A model generated the notes under the pieces. That model had not been told where the DNA came from, did not search any database, and was given only the letters and a program-made list of their open reading frames with translations. A stretch of 46,168 nucleotides of DNA from an uncultured Zetaproteobacteria bacterium (lineage in GTDB: Bacteria > Pseudomonadota > Zetaproteobacteria > Mariprofundales > Mariprofundaceae): NCBI GenBank assembly GCA_964548425.1, contig CAZJRL010000001.1, forward strand, positions 1 to 46,168, read 5' to 3'. Shown here one piece after another: positions 7,223-17,594 of the stretch (within the stretch, counting starts at the first letter, position 1; each line of letters starts with the position of its first letter). Both the position numbers and the translations under genes were made by a program.

Positions 7223-8670
7223 GTGTCACCTTCTTCCGCAACGGTTCCGGCTCGGACCTGTGCTTCGGCCAGCGCAACCGCACGAAACATGGCCGTGGCC
7301 TTGTTCACACATTCCCTGTGTTCATTGGCAGGGATGGAGTCGGCGACAATACCCGCACCTGCCTGGATGTGCACCTGGCCGCCATGAATGACCGCCGTAC
7401 GGATGGCGATAGCCGTGTCCATCCGCTCGCCACCGAAACCGATATAGCCGACACATCCGGCGTACGGACCCCGTGCCACCGGTTCGAGTTCACGGATAAT
7501 TTCCATGGCACGTACCTTCGGTGCACCGGAAACCGTACCTGCCGGAAAAGTGGCTGCCAGCAAATCAATGGCATCCACATCCTCCCGCAGTTCTCCCTCG
7601 ACCTGGGATACGATATGCATCACATGCGAATAACGTTCAATAGCCATGGATTCAGTCAACCGGACCGAGCCATACGCACATACCCGGCCCAGGTCATTGC
7701 GCCCCAGGTCCACCAGCATCACGTGCTCGGAACATTCCTTGGCATCGGCCAGCAATTCCGTTTCCAGGGCCTTGTCTGCATCAGGTGTGGCACCCCTCGG
7801 ACGTGTGCCTGCAATGGGGCGGACCACGGCCTTGCCACCTTCGCGCCGGACCAGTATCTCCGGCGATGATCCAACCAGAATGGTATCGCCAATATGCAGG
7901 TAGAACAGGTAGGGGGATGGATTGATATGGCGCACGGCACGATAGATGTCAAACGGATCACAGGCCAGTGATTTGGAGAAGCGTTGCGATAATACCACCT
8001 GAAAAATATCACCGGCATGAATGTATTCCTTCGCTTTGGCAACAGCAGCTTCGAAATCAGCTCTCGTAGTTTGAGCCTTTGGCGCCACGTTTCCGGAAGC
8101 TATCGTATCCAGATTCATGGCCGCGGCTTCCTCACCTTCGTAAAGGCTTTGTTGCATGCGATCAAGTACGGTGGCTGCTTCATCGCCTGCATGTTTCGGC
8201 AGGCGTACGCAGCATGTTAAGGTGCCGCGCAAACTGTCGAATACCATGAATCGGTCCACCAGCAGGAAGGCTGATTCCGGCGCCCCGACGGGATCGGGCA
8301 AATCATCCGGGATATTCTCAAAATGCGAAATCAGTTGATAGCCGAAATAGCCGACAGCGCCGCCGGTAAAGGGCAAGTCATCAGCGGTCAGTGATGGCTG
8401 TGCAATAACTGCCTGCCGCAGCCATTCAAGGATGTTACCGGAAAAATCCTCGTTCCTGCCATCACGATAGATCAGGTGGGTGTGCTCTCCGTGCACTGTA
8501 GCGCGGCAGGCAGGACTGATGGCGAGTATGCTAAAACGGCCCCAGCGTTCCCCGCCTTCCGCCGACTCAAGCAGAAAGCAGTCGCCGCGACGCAAGAGAT
8601 GGGAAAACACGCCCGGCGGCGTTATGCAGTCAGTTGATAAAGTACGGCGAAACAGGTGGTAATTATTCAT
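7219..8670 (-). CDS. trpE: anthranilate synthase component I
   Basis: This is a chorismate-binding enzyme with [19 protein letters not shown] and GAGIVADS. It lies directly upstream of trpG. Confidence 0.9.
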   Translation of the reverse strand: MNNYHLFRRTLSTDCITPPGVFSHLLRRGDCFLLESAEGGERWGRFSILAISPACRATVHGEHTHLIYRDGRNEDFSGNILEWLRQAVIAQPSLTADDLPFTGGAVGYFGYQLISHFENIPDDLPDPVGAPESAFLLVDRFMVFDSLRGTLTCCVRLPKHAGDEAATVLDRMQQSLYEGEEAAAMNLDTIASGNVAPKAQTTRADFEAAVAKAKEYIHAGDIFQVVLSQRFSKSLACDPFDIYRAVRHINPSPYLFYLHIGDTILVGSSPEILVRREGGKAVVRPIAGTRPRGATPDADKALETELLADAKECSEHVMLVDLGRNDLGRVCAYGSVRLTESMAIERYSHVMHIVSQVEGELREDVDAIDLLAATFPAGTVSGAPKVRAMEIIRELEPVARGPYAGCVGYIGFGGERMDTAIAIRTAVIHGGQVHIQAGAGIVADSIPANEHRECVNKATAMFRAVALAEAQVRAGTVAEEGDT

Positions 8671-8676
8671 GTATGA

Positions 8677-8705
8677 TTGACAATGGCATTGGCCTATGGC
8701 TCAAT
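8677..8705 (+). promoter_or_regulatory. candidate sigma70 promoter for tRNA-Ala
   Basis: TTGACA (8677..8682), a 17-nt spacer, then CTCAAT, followed by a GC-rich discriminator gcgcgg. The -10 is poor. Confidence 0.3.
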
Positions 8706-8745
8706 GCGCGGCCTTGATATTCGAGGTCATTTTTCGATGAGTATC

Positions 8746-8821
<76 letters not shown>

Positions 8822-8832
8822 GATACGACAGG

Positions 8833-8868
8833 ACCGGGTTTGCATACCATGGCACGCCCGGTTTTTTT
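8833..8868 (+). terminator. terminator-like hairpin plus T7 run after tRNA-Ala
   Basis: accggg (8833..8838) pairs with cccggt (8857..8862), followed by ttttttt. The loop is long at 18 nt. Confidence 0.45.
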
Positions 8869-8970
8869 ATGCGGGGCGGGCATGATTAAACGACCCCGAA
8901 GCAAGCAGCGGGGTGTTTGCCTTCTTGCATGCTGCGTGCAGGCAAGGATAACAACCAAAATCAAAATTAC

Positions 8971-8992
8971 TCACCACAGAGGACACGAAGAA
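8971..8992 (+). repeat. variant arm (TCACCACAGAGGACACGAAGA) of the periodic repeat superfamily
   Basis: It has the same CACC-N-CAG-(GGAC-N-C-N-GA) architecture as the TTCACCGCAGGGGACGC arms. A loosely related inverted partner, ggcttcatgaccttcatggta, lies at about 9027..9047. Confidence 0.4.
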
Positions 8993-9089
8993 TAAATCCG
9001 GGAGTAAAAACCCCTTGGTTTTAATGGCTTCATGACCTTCATGGTAAAAAAGTCCTGTGCGTTTTGCATGAGATTTCACTACCAAGAGG

Positions 9090-11006
9090 CTAAAACCGTG
9101 CCAGAATGTCCCGATGAATTTTAATCTGATGACGGGCGCGAACGGATGCCATCCAGCGGGCGAAACGAACCGCGCCTTTGGATTTGACCAACTCTGAACG
9201 AATACCGTTCGCCTGTTCGGCGAATTTTTTATCATCCGCCACAATCACACGTTTAACCTGTACAACGGCAAAACCCTGCGGTACTTCAAGAATATGATTT
9301 ACAATTTGGCCCGACGGTGTGATGAAAGCTGCCTGCAGTACATCTGAAGTAAGCCATGTTGCATCCGTATCGCCTACGCCATTACTGCGCACGGGTTTGG
9401 ACAGGTAAAGTGCCTGACCATGTTGTTGACCCAGCTTGTCCAGAGGCATATGCCCGGCCTCCTTCAGCAGCGATTCCGCCTGTCGGCGCGCGGCGTCATT
9501 TGCCGCCTGCCGGCGCACAGCGGCATAGACTTTTTGTGTGACCTTGGCGAAGGGTAAAATAGCGGGTTGCTGACGTTCCAGCACTTCAATGGCGGCAAAG
9601 CGGCCATCTCCCAGTTCCGTGACATCTACGGGAGCACCGGGGCGGGCGGAAAATATCTGTGAACGGAAGGCGGCATCTTTGGCAAAGAGCGGATCCGCCA
9701 GCGCCTCGTCCATACTGAGAGAATTAATTTCGCGCACCTGCATATTCAGGCTTGCGGCAGCGGCCTTGAGACTGTCTTCACGGCCCAGCGCATCATCCAG
9801 GTCCTGCGAAAGTTTGTAGGCTTCCTCATCTGCTTTGGCGCGCGCCAGTTGCCGGCGCAGTTGATCCTGTACTTCAGTCAGCGGTTTTGTTCTTGCCGGT
9901 TTGATATCCGTCAAACGAATAATATGAAATCCAAATGGCGTCTCCACAATGCCGCTTGTCTCGCCCTGTTGCATGGAGAATACGGTTTTATCAAATGCCG
10001 GCACCATTGTACCCTGTGTAAAATAACCCAGGTCACCCCCCTTTTTGGCCGTGACATCATCCGAGAATTTTTTGGCAACTGCTGAAAATGCCTTACCGGA
10101 TTGAATTCGTTGCAGGGCTTTTTCAATCCTGGAGCGTGCCAGTTTACGCGTGTCGGCATCTGCATTTTTGGCAACCCGAACAAGGATATGGCTTGCCCGC
10201 CGTTGCTCCGGCCGGGTCAACTGATTCTTGCGTTCTTCATAAGCGGCATGGATGTCCGCATCGTCAATTTCCATATTTTTGGCAATAACAGCAGGATTAA
10301 TCGTCACGACGGCCAGCTTGAGACGCAGGGGGGACCGATAGCTGTTTTTGTGCTTGTCATAGTATGTGCGGGCATCTCCGGCACTGATTTTGATGCCGGG
10401 TTCAATATCCAGCGGACGCACAATCAGGGCAGCCATCTCACGTTTTTCATACTCATTCTCAAAGCGTTTACGCACCTCCGCATCCGTAGCGGTCGCGCTG
10501 TTTGTGATTGCTTTCTGCAATGCATCTACCATCATATCCAGACGCAAATTTGTTTCATAGTCCGCGGGGGTGCGAAATCCCATATTGCGGGTAAGTATTT
10601 CATAACGGCGGGGGTCGAAATTGCCTGCTGACAGGAATGCGGGATTGCTGCGCACCCGGGAAAGCAGCACACTTTTGGGTGCAACCAGGCCCATGCTGTC
10701 AGCTTCATCGAGCATCAGATGGCGATTGATAAGGGTTTGCAGCGTTATCTGCTTTACCCCCATGCTTTCCATGGCTTTTTTGGAAAAGCTCTTGCCAAGT
10801 GCAGCACGGTAGTTGTTCACCTGGCGTTCATAGGCCAGATAAAATGCGGAATCGGATATCGGATTGCCATCCACTTCAGCAATAGTCTGGACGCGTGACC
10901 CCATAAAATAATCACCGACGCCCCAAAGAACAAAGGACAGAGCAACGCCACCCAGAATAAGTTTTGCCAGCCATGACTGGGCATGATTGCGCATATTTTC
11001 CAGCAT
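9090..11006 (-). CDS. ppiD: periplasmic chaperone / peptidyl-prolyl isomerase PpiD
   Basis: There is an N-terminal membrane anchor (AKLILGGVALSFVLWGV), a SurA-N-like region, and a parvulin domain (ASHILV...GGDLGYF...FGFHIIRL). Length is 638 aa. Confidence 0.85.
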   Translation of the reverse strand: MLENMRNHAQSWLAKLILGGVALSFVLWGVGDYFMGSRVQTIAEVDGNPISDSAFYLAYERQVNNYRAALGKSFSKKAMESMGVKQITLQTLINRHLMLDEADSMGLVAPKSVLLSRVRSNPAFLSAGNFDPRRYEILTRNMGFRTPADYETNLRLDMMVDALQKAITNSATATDAEVRKRFENEYEKREMAALIVRPLDIEPGIKISAGDARTYYDKHKNSYRSPLRLKLAVVTINPAVIAKNMEIDDADIHAAYEERKNQLTRPEQRRASHILVRVAKNADADTRKLARSRIEKALQRIQSGKAFSAVAKKFSDDVTAKKGGDLGYFTQGTMVPAFDKTVFSMQQGETSGIVETPFGFHIIRLTDIKPARTKPLTEVQDQLRRQLARAKADEEAYKLSQDLDDALGREDSLKAAAASLNMQVREINSLSMDEALADPLFAKDAAFRSQIFSARPGAPVDVTELGDGRFAAIEVLERQQPAILPFAKVTQKVYAAVRRQAANDAARRQAESLLKEAGHMPLDKLGQQHGQALYLSKPVRSNGVGDTDATWLTSDVLQAAFITPSGQIVNHILEVPQGFAVVQVKRVIVADDKKFAEQANGIRSELVKSKGAVRFARWMASVRARHQIKIHRDILARF

Positions 11007-11180
11007 AAAAATCCCCGTTGAAAGCCAATGAATTTGCTATTGAATGGATGTGGGACACTACTCAAGGGCGTGTAGTCACGCAATAAAGATATGGTGTAAC
11101 AACTCAGCACCCCTATGCAAAGCTCCGCAACTGCTCAGATTGCCTGGATTTCCTCTGTCCCGCCTTCGCGGGATTGCATG

Positions 11181-11205
11181 TCCTCTGTGTCCTCTGTGGT
11201 GAGAA
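11181..11205 (-). repeat. variant repeat arm (tcctctgtgtcctctgtggtgagaa)
   Basis: It is the reverse complement of ttctcaccacagaggacacagagga. A further tcctctgt copy lies at 11151. Confidence 0.5.
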
Positions 11206-11247
11206 AAGGTTTTATCTGTGCATATCCGCGTTCATCTGTATCGCATT

Positions 11248-11274
11248 CATTCGCGTCATTCGCGTCATTCGCGG
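11248..11274. repeat. 3 x 9-bp tandem repeat (cattcgcgt/cattcgcgt/cattcgcgg)
   Basis: I read this directly from the sequence. A related ccacgaatgaacgcgaatagg lies at 219..239 in the opposite orientation. Confidence 0.8.
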
Positions 11275-11386
11275 TTCGCTTGAAGCGTTTTGATTGTATG
11301 AGAAAGAACAGAGAAAGGTCAAGGACGAACCACGAATGTGTTTCAAAAGCTTGCAAGATCGCATGGTCTGACGTGGAATAGGGGCT

Positions 11387-11818
11387 ATGTCTGTTCCGAA
11401 CAGAAGCCAGTTGAGATGCACACTTAACAGCGCCTGTGATTGCGTGCATGTGTTATGCGAAATGGTTGAGGTCATGAGCCGACGGGCAGGTTTGAATGAT
11501 AAGGAAACCAATCGTGTGGTATTGGCGGCGGATGAATTGTTCGCGAATATCGGTCAGCATGGCTATCATGGCAAAGAGGGACTCATTGAAATGACAGCCG
11601 AATGTGATGACGGTTCCCTGCGTTTTGAATTTCGTGATTATGCGTCGCCGCTGGTGAATGAATCCACATTGCATAGACAGACACCGGATGTCAGCCGGAT
11701 ACAGCCCGGCGGTCTGGGACTTTATCTGATCCATGCCTCCGTCGATGAGATGCGGCATCAGGTGATGGACGATGGTAACCTCTGGTTGTTGACCAAACGT
11801 TTGCACGTTTATCCATGA
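11387..11818 (+). CDS. anti-sigma regulatory factor (RsbW/SpoIIAB-type Ser kinase)
   Basis: HATPase_c N-box (ADELFANIGQHGY) and G-box (PGGLGLYLI) are present. Length is about 140 aa. A STAS gene follows. Confidence 0.75.
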   Translation: MSVPNRSQLRCTLNSACDCVHVLCEMVEVMSRRAGLNDKETNRVVLAADELFANIGQHGYHGKEGLIEMTAECDDGSLRFEFRDYASPLVNESTLHRQTPDVSRIQPGGLGLYLIHASVDEMRHQVMDDGNLWLLTKRLHVYP

Positions 11819-11900
11819 ATAGTGCAGGCTAAATAATGAAGCCTTATGGAGAGTACCCGCAGATGAATTTATTACAATTTTATTAAAGGGAAGATCAGGC

Positions 11901-12239
11901 ATGAAACTGGAAATCACAGAACACGAACCGGATGCAACCCATATAACACTCACCTTATGTGGTGTGGTGAATATCCATACGGCGACACAGTTGCGTCAGC
12001 GTCTGAAGCCATTTCTGGATGACCGGCATAAAGAGGTTCGGGTGGACCTGAGCCACGTAAATTTTATTGATTCGGCTGGTATTGCCACGCTTGTGGAAGG
12101 GTTGCAGTGGAGCCGTAACGATGGCCATCATTTTGTGCTGCGGGGTCTTTCGGAAAATGTGCGGGATATTTTTGAGTTGGCCAAGCTGGATACGGTATTT
12201 AAAATCGAAGACGGAAACTCTGGTTTAGACGCTGATTGA
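11901..12239 (+). CDS. STAS-domain anti-sigma-factor antagonist (RsbV/SpoIIAA type)
   Basis: VDLSHVNFIDSAGIATLVEG contains the conserved phosphorylatable Ser. Length is 112 aa. Confidence 0.8.
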   Translation: MKLEITEHEPDATHITLTLCGVVNIHTATQLRQRLKPFLDDRHKEVRVDLSHVNFIDSAGIATLVEGLQWSRNDGHHFVLRGLSENVRDIFELAKLDTVFKIEDGNSGLDAD

Positions 12240-12326
12240 CGCTGATAAAGGTAAGAGCCATGCCTCTGTATAAATCATGTACCATGAGTTCATCAATGAG
12301 ATTACATCGTTCCTTTGCCTCTTGCA

Positions 12327-13814
12327 ATGACAGCCCCGGACTTTTTACGAGGATATCCTGATTTGCGTACATTTATTGCTGATCTTGAAAAACGGGGGCT
12401 ACTCAAGCGCATTTACACCGAGGTTAATCCCAGGTTCGAAGTGACAGCGATTGCTGACAAGGTATTACGCGCAGGCGGTCCGGCGTTGTTATTTGAGCAT
12501 GTAACAGGCAGTAATATGCCGCTTCTGGCCAATCTGTTCGGTACGGCGGAACGTATTGCGCTGGGTATGGGGCGCGAATCAGTGGAGGAATTACGGCAGG
12601 TTGGCGAGTTGCTGGCTTATCTGAAAGAGCCGGATCCTCCCAAAGGTCTGAAGGATGTATGGGGCAAGCTTCCTGTATTGAAAAAAGTACTGCATATGGG
12701 GCCCAAAGTAGTCAAAAAAGCGCCGTGGCAGGAAGTGGTTTTAACCGGAGAGGATGTGGACCTGGGCCGATTGCCCGTTCAGACATGCTGGCCTGAAGAC
12801 GCCGGGCCACTCATCACCTGGGGTCTGGTCGTAACCCGTGGTCCGAACAAGGATCGGCAGAATCTGGGTATTTACCGCCAGCAGGTGATTGGAAAGAACA
12901 AGGTCATCATGCGCTGGCTGAAGCATCGTGGTGGAGCGCAGGATCACCGGGAAGCGAGAAAATCCGGGGCCAGTGCGTTTCCATGCGCCGTGGTGATCGG
13001 GGCCGATCCGGCCACCATTCTGGCGGCGGTGGCGCCGATTCCTGATACATTATCCGAATATCAGTTTGCGGGATTGTTGCGTGGTGAAAAAACGGTGCTG
13101 GTTGATTGCCAAAGCGTTCCGCTCCAGGTTCCGGCATCCGCCGAAATCGTGCTGGAGGGCCATGTATCGCTGGATGAATATGCCGATGAGGGGCCGTTCG
13201 GCGATCATACGGGATATTACAATGAAGTGGAGCGTTTTCCTGTGTTTACTGTCGAGCGCATGAGTATGCGCCGGGATGCCATCTATCATTCCACCTATAC
13301 CGGTAAGCCACCGGATGAACCCGCCATGCTGGGGCTGGCATTCAATGAGGTGTTTGTGCCGATCTTGCGCAAACAGTTTCCCGAGATTACCGATTTTTAT
13401 CTGCCGATGGAGGGATGCTCCTATCGCGTGGCCATCGTTTCCATGAAAAAAGCCTACGCCGGTCATGCAAAACGGGTGATGTTCGGTATCTGGTCTTATC
13501 TCAGGCAGTTCATGTACACCAAATTTATTATTGTGGTGGATGACGACATTGACTGCCGTTCGTGGGCCGAGGTGATCTGGGCCATTTCCACCCGCTGTGA
13601 CCCGGCGCGGGATTTTACCATGGTGGAGCATACGCCTATTGATTATCTTGATTTTGCTTCACCCGTTGCAGGTCTGGGTTCCAAGGTGGGCATTGATGCG
13701 ACCCATAAGCTGGATGGAGAGACCACCCGAACGTGGGGCCGGAAAATTGAGCTGCCGGAAGATGTAGAGGCGCGGGTCGCATCCGTTCTGGAGGAACTTG
13801 GCTGTACGGAATAA
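12327..13814 (+). CDS. ubiD: UbiD-family decarboxylase (4-hydroxy-3-polyprenylbenzoate decarboxylase type)
   Basis: The N-terminus [17 protein letters not shown] and a size of about 495 aa are typical of UbiD. I prefer the ATG at 12327 to the TTG at 12315. Confidence 0.85.
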   Translation: MTAPDFLRGYPDLRTFIADLEKRGLLKRIYTEVNPRFEVTAIADKVLRAGGPALLFEHVTGSNMPLLANLFGTAERIALGMGRESVEELRQVGELLAYLKEPDPPKGLKDVWGKLPVLKKVLHMGPKVVKKAPWQEVVLTGEDVDLGRLPVQTCWPEDAGPLITWGLVVTRGPNKDRQNLGIYRQQVIGKNKVIMRWLKHRGGAQDHREARKSGASAFPCAVVIGADPATILAAVAPIPDTLSEYQFAGLLRGEKTVLVDCQSVPLQVPASAEIVLEGHVSLDEYADEGPFGDHTGYYNEVERFPVFTVERMSMRRDAIYHSTYTGKPPDEPAMLGLAFNEVFVPILRKQFPEITDFYLPMEGCSYRVAIVSMKKAYAGHAKRVMFGIWSYLRQFMYTKFIIVVDDDIDCRSWAEVIWAISTRCDPARDFTMVEHTPIDYLDFASPVAGLGSKVGIDATHKLDGETTRTWGRKIELPEDVEARVASVLEELGCTE

Positions 13815-13874
13815 AGCGGGATAGAAAGTAACAGGACGCATTGGTAGGCTTGCCGCCAACATGCGGGAGAGACA

Positions 13875-14735
13875 GTGACCTTTCAGGATTTAATTCTTAC
13901 ATTACAACAGTACTGGGCCGCGCAGGGATGCGTGTTGCAGCAGCCTTATGATTCATCCATGGGCGCGGGAACTTTTCATCCGGCCACGTTTCTTCGTGTG
14001 CTCGATGATAAGGACTGGCGCACCGCCTACGTGCAGCCCTGCCGTCGGCCAACGGATGGCCGATATGGCAAAAACCCGAATCGTTTACAACACTATTACC
14101 AGTTTCAGGTCATTCTAAAACCAGCGCCGGAAAATATCCTTGATCTGTATCTTGATTCCCTACGCGAAATCGACATCAATCCCGAAATGCACGATATTCG
14201 TTTTGTTGAAGATGACTGGGAATCGCCGACCCTTGGCGCGTGGGGTCTGGGCTGGGAAGTGTGGCTCAACGGCATGGAAATCACTCAGTTCACCTATTTT
14301 CAGCAGGTGGGAAGCGTCGAATTACCGCGCACACCGGGTGAAATCACTTACGGACTGGAACGATTAGCTATGTATATTCAAGGTGTTGAAAATGTTTACG
14401 ATTTGACCTGGGTAAAAACTGCCAACGGTGAGAAAGTCAGCTACGGCGATGTTTTCAAACGAAATGAAGTGGAGTTTTCGGCCTATAATTTCGATCAGGT
14501 GGACACCGCATGGCTGCATGATCAGTTCGATCATGCCGAGACCGAGTGCAAACGATTGAAAGAAGAAGGCCTCGTCCTGCCAGCCTATGAGGAAGTAATG
14601 AAGGCCAGCCATGCCTTTAATCTACTTGATGCCAGAGGCGCTATTTCAGTTGCCGAGCGCCAACGCTTTATCGGACGGGTGCGTGGGTTGGCCAAAACCG
14701 TTGCCCGCGCTTATGCGGAAGTGGAGCAAGGATGA
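13875..14735 (+). CDS. glyQ: glycine--tRNA ligase alpha subunit
   Basis: [31 protein letters not shown] and [22 protein letters not shown] are present. The start is GTG. Confidence 0.95.
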   Translation: MTFQDLILTLQQYWAAQGCVLQQPYDSSMGAGTFHPATFLRVLDDKDWRTAYVQPCRRPTDGRYGKNPNRLQHYYQFQVILKPAPENILDLYLDSLREIDINPEMHDIRFVEDDWESPTLGAWGLGWEVWLNGMEITQFTYFQQVGSVELPRTPGEITYGLERLAMYIQGVENVYDLTWVKTANGEKVSYGDVFKRNEVEFSAYNFDQVDTAWLHDQFDHAETECKRLKEEGLVLPAYEEVMKASHAFNLLDARGAISVAERQRFIGRVRGLAKTVARAYAEVEQG

Positions 14736-14763
14736 AAAAAGCAATAGGTGTTGCTTTTTTCAT
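14732..14763 (+). other. 13-bp A/T-rich hairpin spanning the glyQ stop codon (attenuator or terminator-like)
   Basis: atgaaaaaagcaa-taggtg-ttgcttttttcat. The glyQ TGA at 14733..14735 lies inside the left arm. Confidence 0.5.
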
Positions 14764-14822
14764 ACGCGATTGTCTGGCTTGGCCTGCCATGAAAAGAAAA
14801 AATTTTTCAAGGTGATAATGCA

Positions 14823-16895
14823 ATGAGTATGCACCTGCGTCCACAGCCCCTGCTGATCGAAGTCGGTACCGAGGAAATTCCGGCAGGCGTTGCGCCGAGC
14901 ATGGGTGAGGCGCTGAAGACCACTGTCGAGAAGTTGCTTGCCGATGCGTGTGTGAACGTGAGTGAGTTGCGCCTTGGCGTGACACCGCGACGGCTGCTAC
15001 TGCATGCGAGCGCCTGTCCTGTCATGCAGGAAGACCGTGAAGTAACCATCTGGGGCCCACCGGAAAAGGTTGCGTTCAAAGATAGTTCTCCGACCAAAGC
15101 CGCTGAAGGCTTTGCCAGAAAGTCTGGTATTGATATTGATTCTTTTGAGTTGACCGGCAAAGGTGATGGCAAAGGCTTGTATATGAGGGCGGTGCAAACC
15201 GTCAAAGGGCGCAATGTAGCTAATATTATTGCCGAAGCGATGCCTTCGATTTTACGCAAACTACCCAGTCCGAAACAGATGAAATGGAACGATGGCGATA
15301 ACCGCGACGATGCATTTATCCGTCCGATTCGCTGGATTGTGGCGCGTTTGGGCGATGAAGTGATTCCTTTCTCATTTGCCGGTGTTAAATCAGGAAAAAT
15401 ATCGCGTGGACACAGGATTGTTGGAAAGATTGGCGAAATAGATGTGAAAGACCCGTTTGACTGGTTGTTGCAACAGTCCGTAATAGCAGATCGTGAAGCG
15501 CGGAAACTCAAAATTGGCGCACAATTGGCCGATGCAATGAATGCTGCAAACGTTGAACTGATTGAAGACCGCGACCTGCTCGAAGAAGTCACCGACTTAA
15601 CCGAATGGCCGCAGGTGATTGCCGGACGTTACGATGAAGATTTTCTGCGCCTGCCGGAAGAAGTTGCGCGCATTGAATTGAAGCATCATCAGCGCTGTTT
15701 CGCATCGCAAACAGCCGATAGCAAGTCGTCCAATGTCTTTTTCACAGTCGCCAACATCGAATCGAAAGACCCGGCAGCAGTCGCACACGGCAACGAGCGC
15801 GTGGTCAATGCGCGTCTGGCCGATGCAATGTTTTATTTTGAACGTGATCCGCAAGAATCGTTGGAAGCACGCGTTGAAAAACTGTCCGAAGTTATTTTTC
15901 AGGATGGCCTCGGCATGGTCGGCGATCAGGTGCGTCGTTTAAGAGGATTCGTGCTGGATAATGCGAAAACACTCGATGTAAACGCCAACGACGCACAGCG
16001 CGCGGCCTATTTATGTAAATCCGACTTAACCACGGGGCTCGTCGGCGAATTTCCTGAATTGCAAGGCTATATGGGCGGCATTTACGCGAAAATGGACGGT
16101 GAAGACGATGCCGTTGCCAACGCTATTGCTGCGCACTATGCCCCGACGGGTGCAGATGATAATTTGCCGGACAATGCCATCGCTCGCGCCATCGGTATTG
16201 CCGAACGCGCCGATAAATTACTCGGTTATTTTCATCTCGGACGCGTCCCCACCGCCAGCGCCGATCCGTTCGGTCTACGTCGTGCTGCCATCGGTTTGAT
16301 TCGATTGCTCGAAAGCGATGCTATGCCAGTCAAGATGACTTTGGCGCAAGTGCTGGACGAGGCGGCCAAGCAATGGAATCAGCAGCGCGTCACCATCGCC
16401 ATCTCTGCCGAAACGAAACAAAAGGTGCGCGATTTTATCCATGACCGCTTGCTTGGCATGGCTCATTTTCCCAATGCGTTGCATGCTGCTTTGGGAGCAT
16501 CAGTGGAGCGGCCCATGTATCAAACCGCCGCTGTAGCAGATTTACTTTTCCATTTTGCGGATTCGGAAACCGGCCAGGCAGTCGCCGCAGCGAATAAACG
16601 TATCGCCAACATTCTCAAAAAAGCAGGCGATGTTTCCGGCAATATTGATACATCATTATTGAGCGAGAATGCTGAAAAAACACTGTTTTTGGCGCTTGTG
16701 AAGACGGAAACGGGTTTTCCTGAAAAATCAGAGGAGCAACTTTCGATACTGGCTACGTTACGCGAACCCGTTGATACATTTTTCGACGATGTCATGGTCA
16801 TGGCGGAAGATGCTGCGGTGCGTGCCAACCGTCTGGCACTTTTAGCACGCTTGCGGGCGTTGTTTCTTCGGCTGGCAGATGTCTCGCGGCTGTAA
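14823..16895 (+). CDS. glyS: glycine--tRNA ligase beta subunit
   Basis: The N-terminus is LLIEVGTEEIPAG. Length is 690 aa. It lies directly downstream of glyQ. Confidence 0.92.
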   Translation: MSMHLRPQPLLIEVGTEEIPAGVAPSMGEALKTTVEKLLADACVNVSELRLGVTPRRLLLHASACPVMQEDREVTIWGPPEKVAFKDSSPTKAAEGFARKSGIDIDSFELTGKGDGKGLYMRAVQTVKGRNVANIIAEAMPSILRKLPSPKQMKWNDGDNRDDAFIRPIRWIVARLGDEVIPFSFAGVKSGKISRGHRIVGKIGEIDVKDPFDWLLQQSVIADREARKLKIGAQLADAMNAANVELIEDRDLLEEVTDLTEWPQVIAGRYDEDFLRLPEEVARIELKHHQRCFASQTADSKSSNVFFTVANIESKDPAAVAHGNERVVNARLADAMFYFERDPQESLEARVEKLSEVIFQDGLGMVGDQVRRLRGFVLDNAKTLDVNANDAQRAAYLCKSDLTTGLVGEFPELQGYMGGIYAKMDGEDDAVANAIAAHYAPTGADDNLPDNAIARAIGIAERADKLLGYFHLGRVPTASADPFGLRRAAIGLIRLLESDAMPVKMTLAQVLDEAAKQWNQQRVTIAISAETKQKVRDFIHDRLLGMAHFPNALHAALGASVERPMYQTAAVADLLFHFADSETGQAVAAANKRIANILKKAGDVSGNIDTSLLSENAEKTLFLALVKTETGFPEKSEEQLSILATLREPVDTFFDDVMVMAEDAAVRANRLALLARLRALFLRLADVSRL

Positions 16896-16943
16896 TGGGA
16901 CTGAGTCATAGAACTTCCTCTTGCTGATACACTGATCAAACTG

Positions 16944-17594
16944 ATGGCTGCATGGCTGCTGTTGTTTGGCGCAGCACTTTGGGCTCGCCGCGAAGGATTG
17001 AAACTATCCGGACGCATGTTGATTGCATCGCTTCGCGGACTGGTGCAACTGTTGGCGCTGGCCTTTGTATTGCACTGGGTGTTCGATATCCAGTCACGCA
17101 TAGCGCAGGGGTTATTGGTTCTCGGTTTTTGTATTATGGCCGGGCGCACCAGCGCGGGCCACCATGTTGATATGCATCATGCGTGGCTGGCCGCCAGTGT
17201 TGGTTTGGCCTGCGCATGTCTGGTCACGTTACCGTGGCTGGCTGTCAGCGGCGCCATCAATGCTGATACCCGCACCCTCATCCCGCTTGGCAGCATGGTG
17301 GCGGCCAATGGCATGAATGCCATTTCGATTATGTTTGAGCGGCAGGCGGGGGGCAGTGTTGTGGGCGATAGCATGCGTACCGCCATGATTCCAACCATTG
17401 ACACACTGCGTGTGGTGGGGCTCGTGCATATGCCCGGTATTTTTGTTGGCATGACCCTGGCCGGCAGCCCTCCACTGGCTGCCGCCAGCGCCCAACTGGT
17501 CGTGCTGTACATGATTGTGGCTTCCAGTTTCACGGCCTGTATGGTTAGCTTCCTGATGATGAATCACTTTAATAAAGGAAGAGCATGCGCTTAA
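16944..17594 (+). CDS. fetB: UPF0014/FetB-family ABC-type permease (putative iron export permease)
   Basis: It aligns, from memory, with E. coli FetB/YbbM: IPLGSMVAANGMNAISIMFER and MRTAMIPTIDTLRVVGLVHMPGIFVGMTLAG. An in-frame stop at 16908 prevents a longer N-terminus. Confidence 0.65.
   Translation: MAAWLLLFGAALWARREGLKLSGRMLIASLRGLVQLLALAFVLHWVFDIQSRIAQGLLVLGFCIMAGRTSAGHHVDMHHAWLAASVGLACACLVTLPWLAVSGAINADTRTLIPLGSMVAANGMNAISIMFERQAGGSVVGDSMRTAMIPTIDTLRVVGLVHMPGIFVGMTLAGSPPLAAASAQLVVLYMIVASSFTACMVSFLMMNHFNKGRACA

Noticed and set aside
8822-9089. A possible integration scar or genomic island next to tRNA-Ala.
   Set aside because: There is no direct repeat of the tRNA 3' end downstream, no integrase, and only 268 bp of hairpins and degenerate repeats before ppiD.
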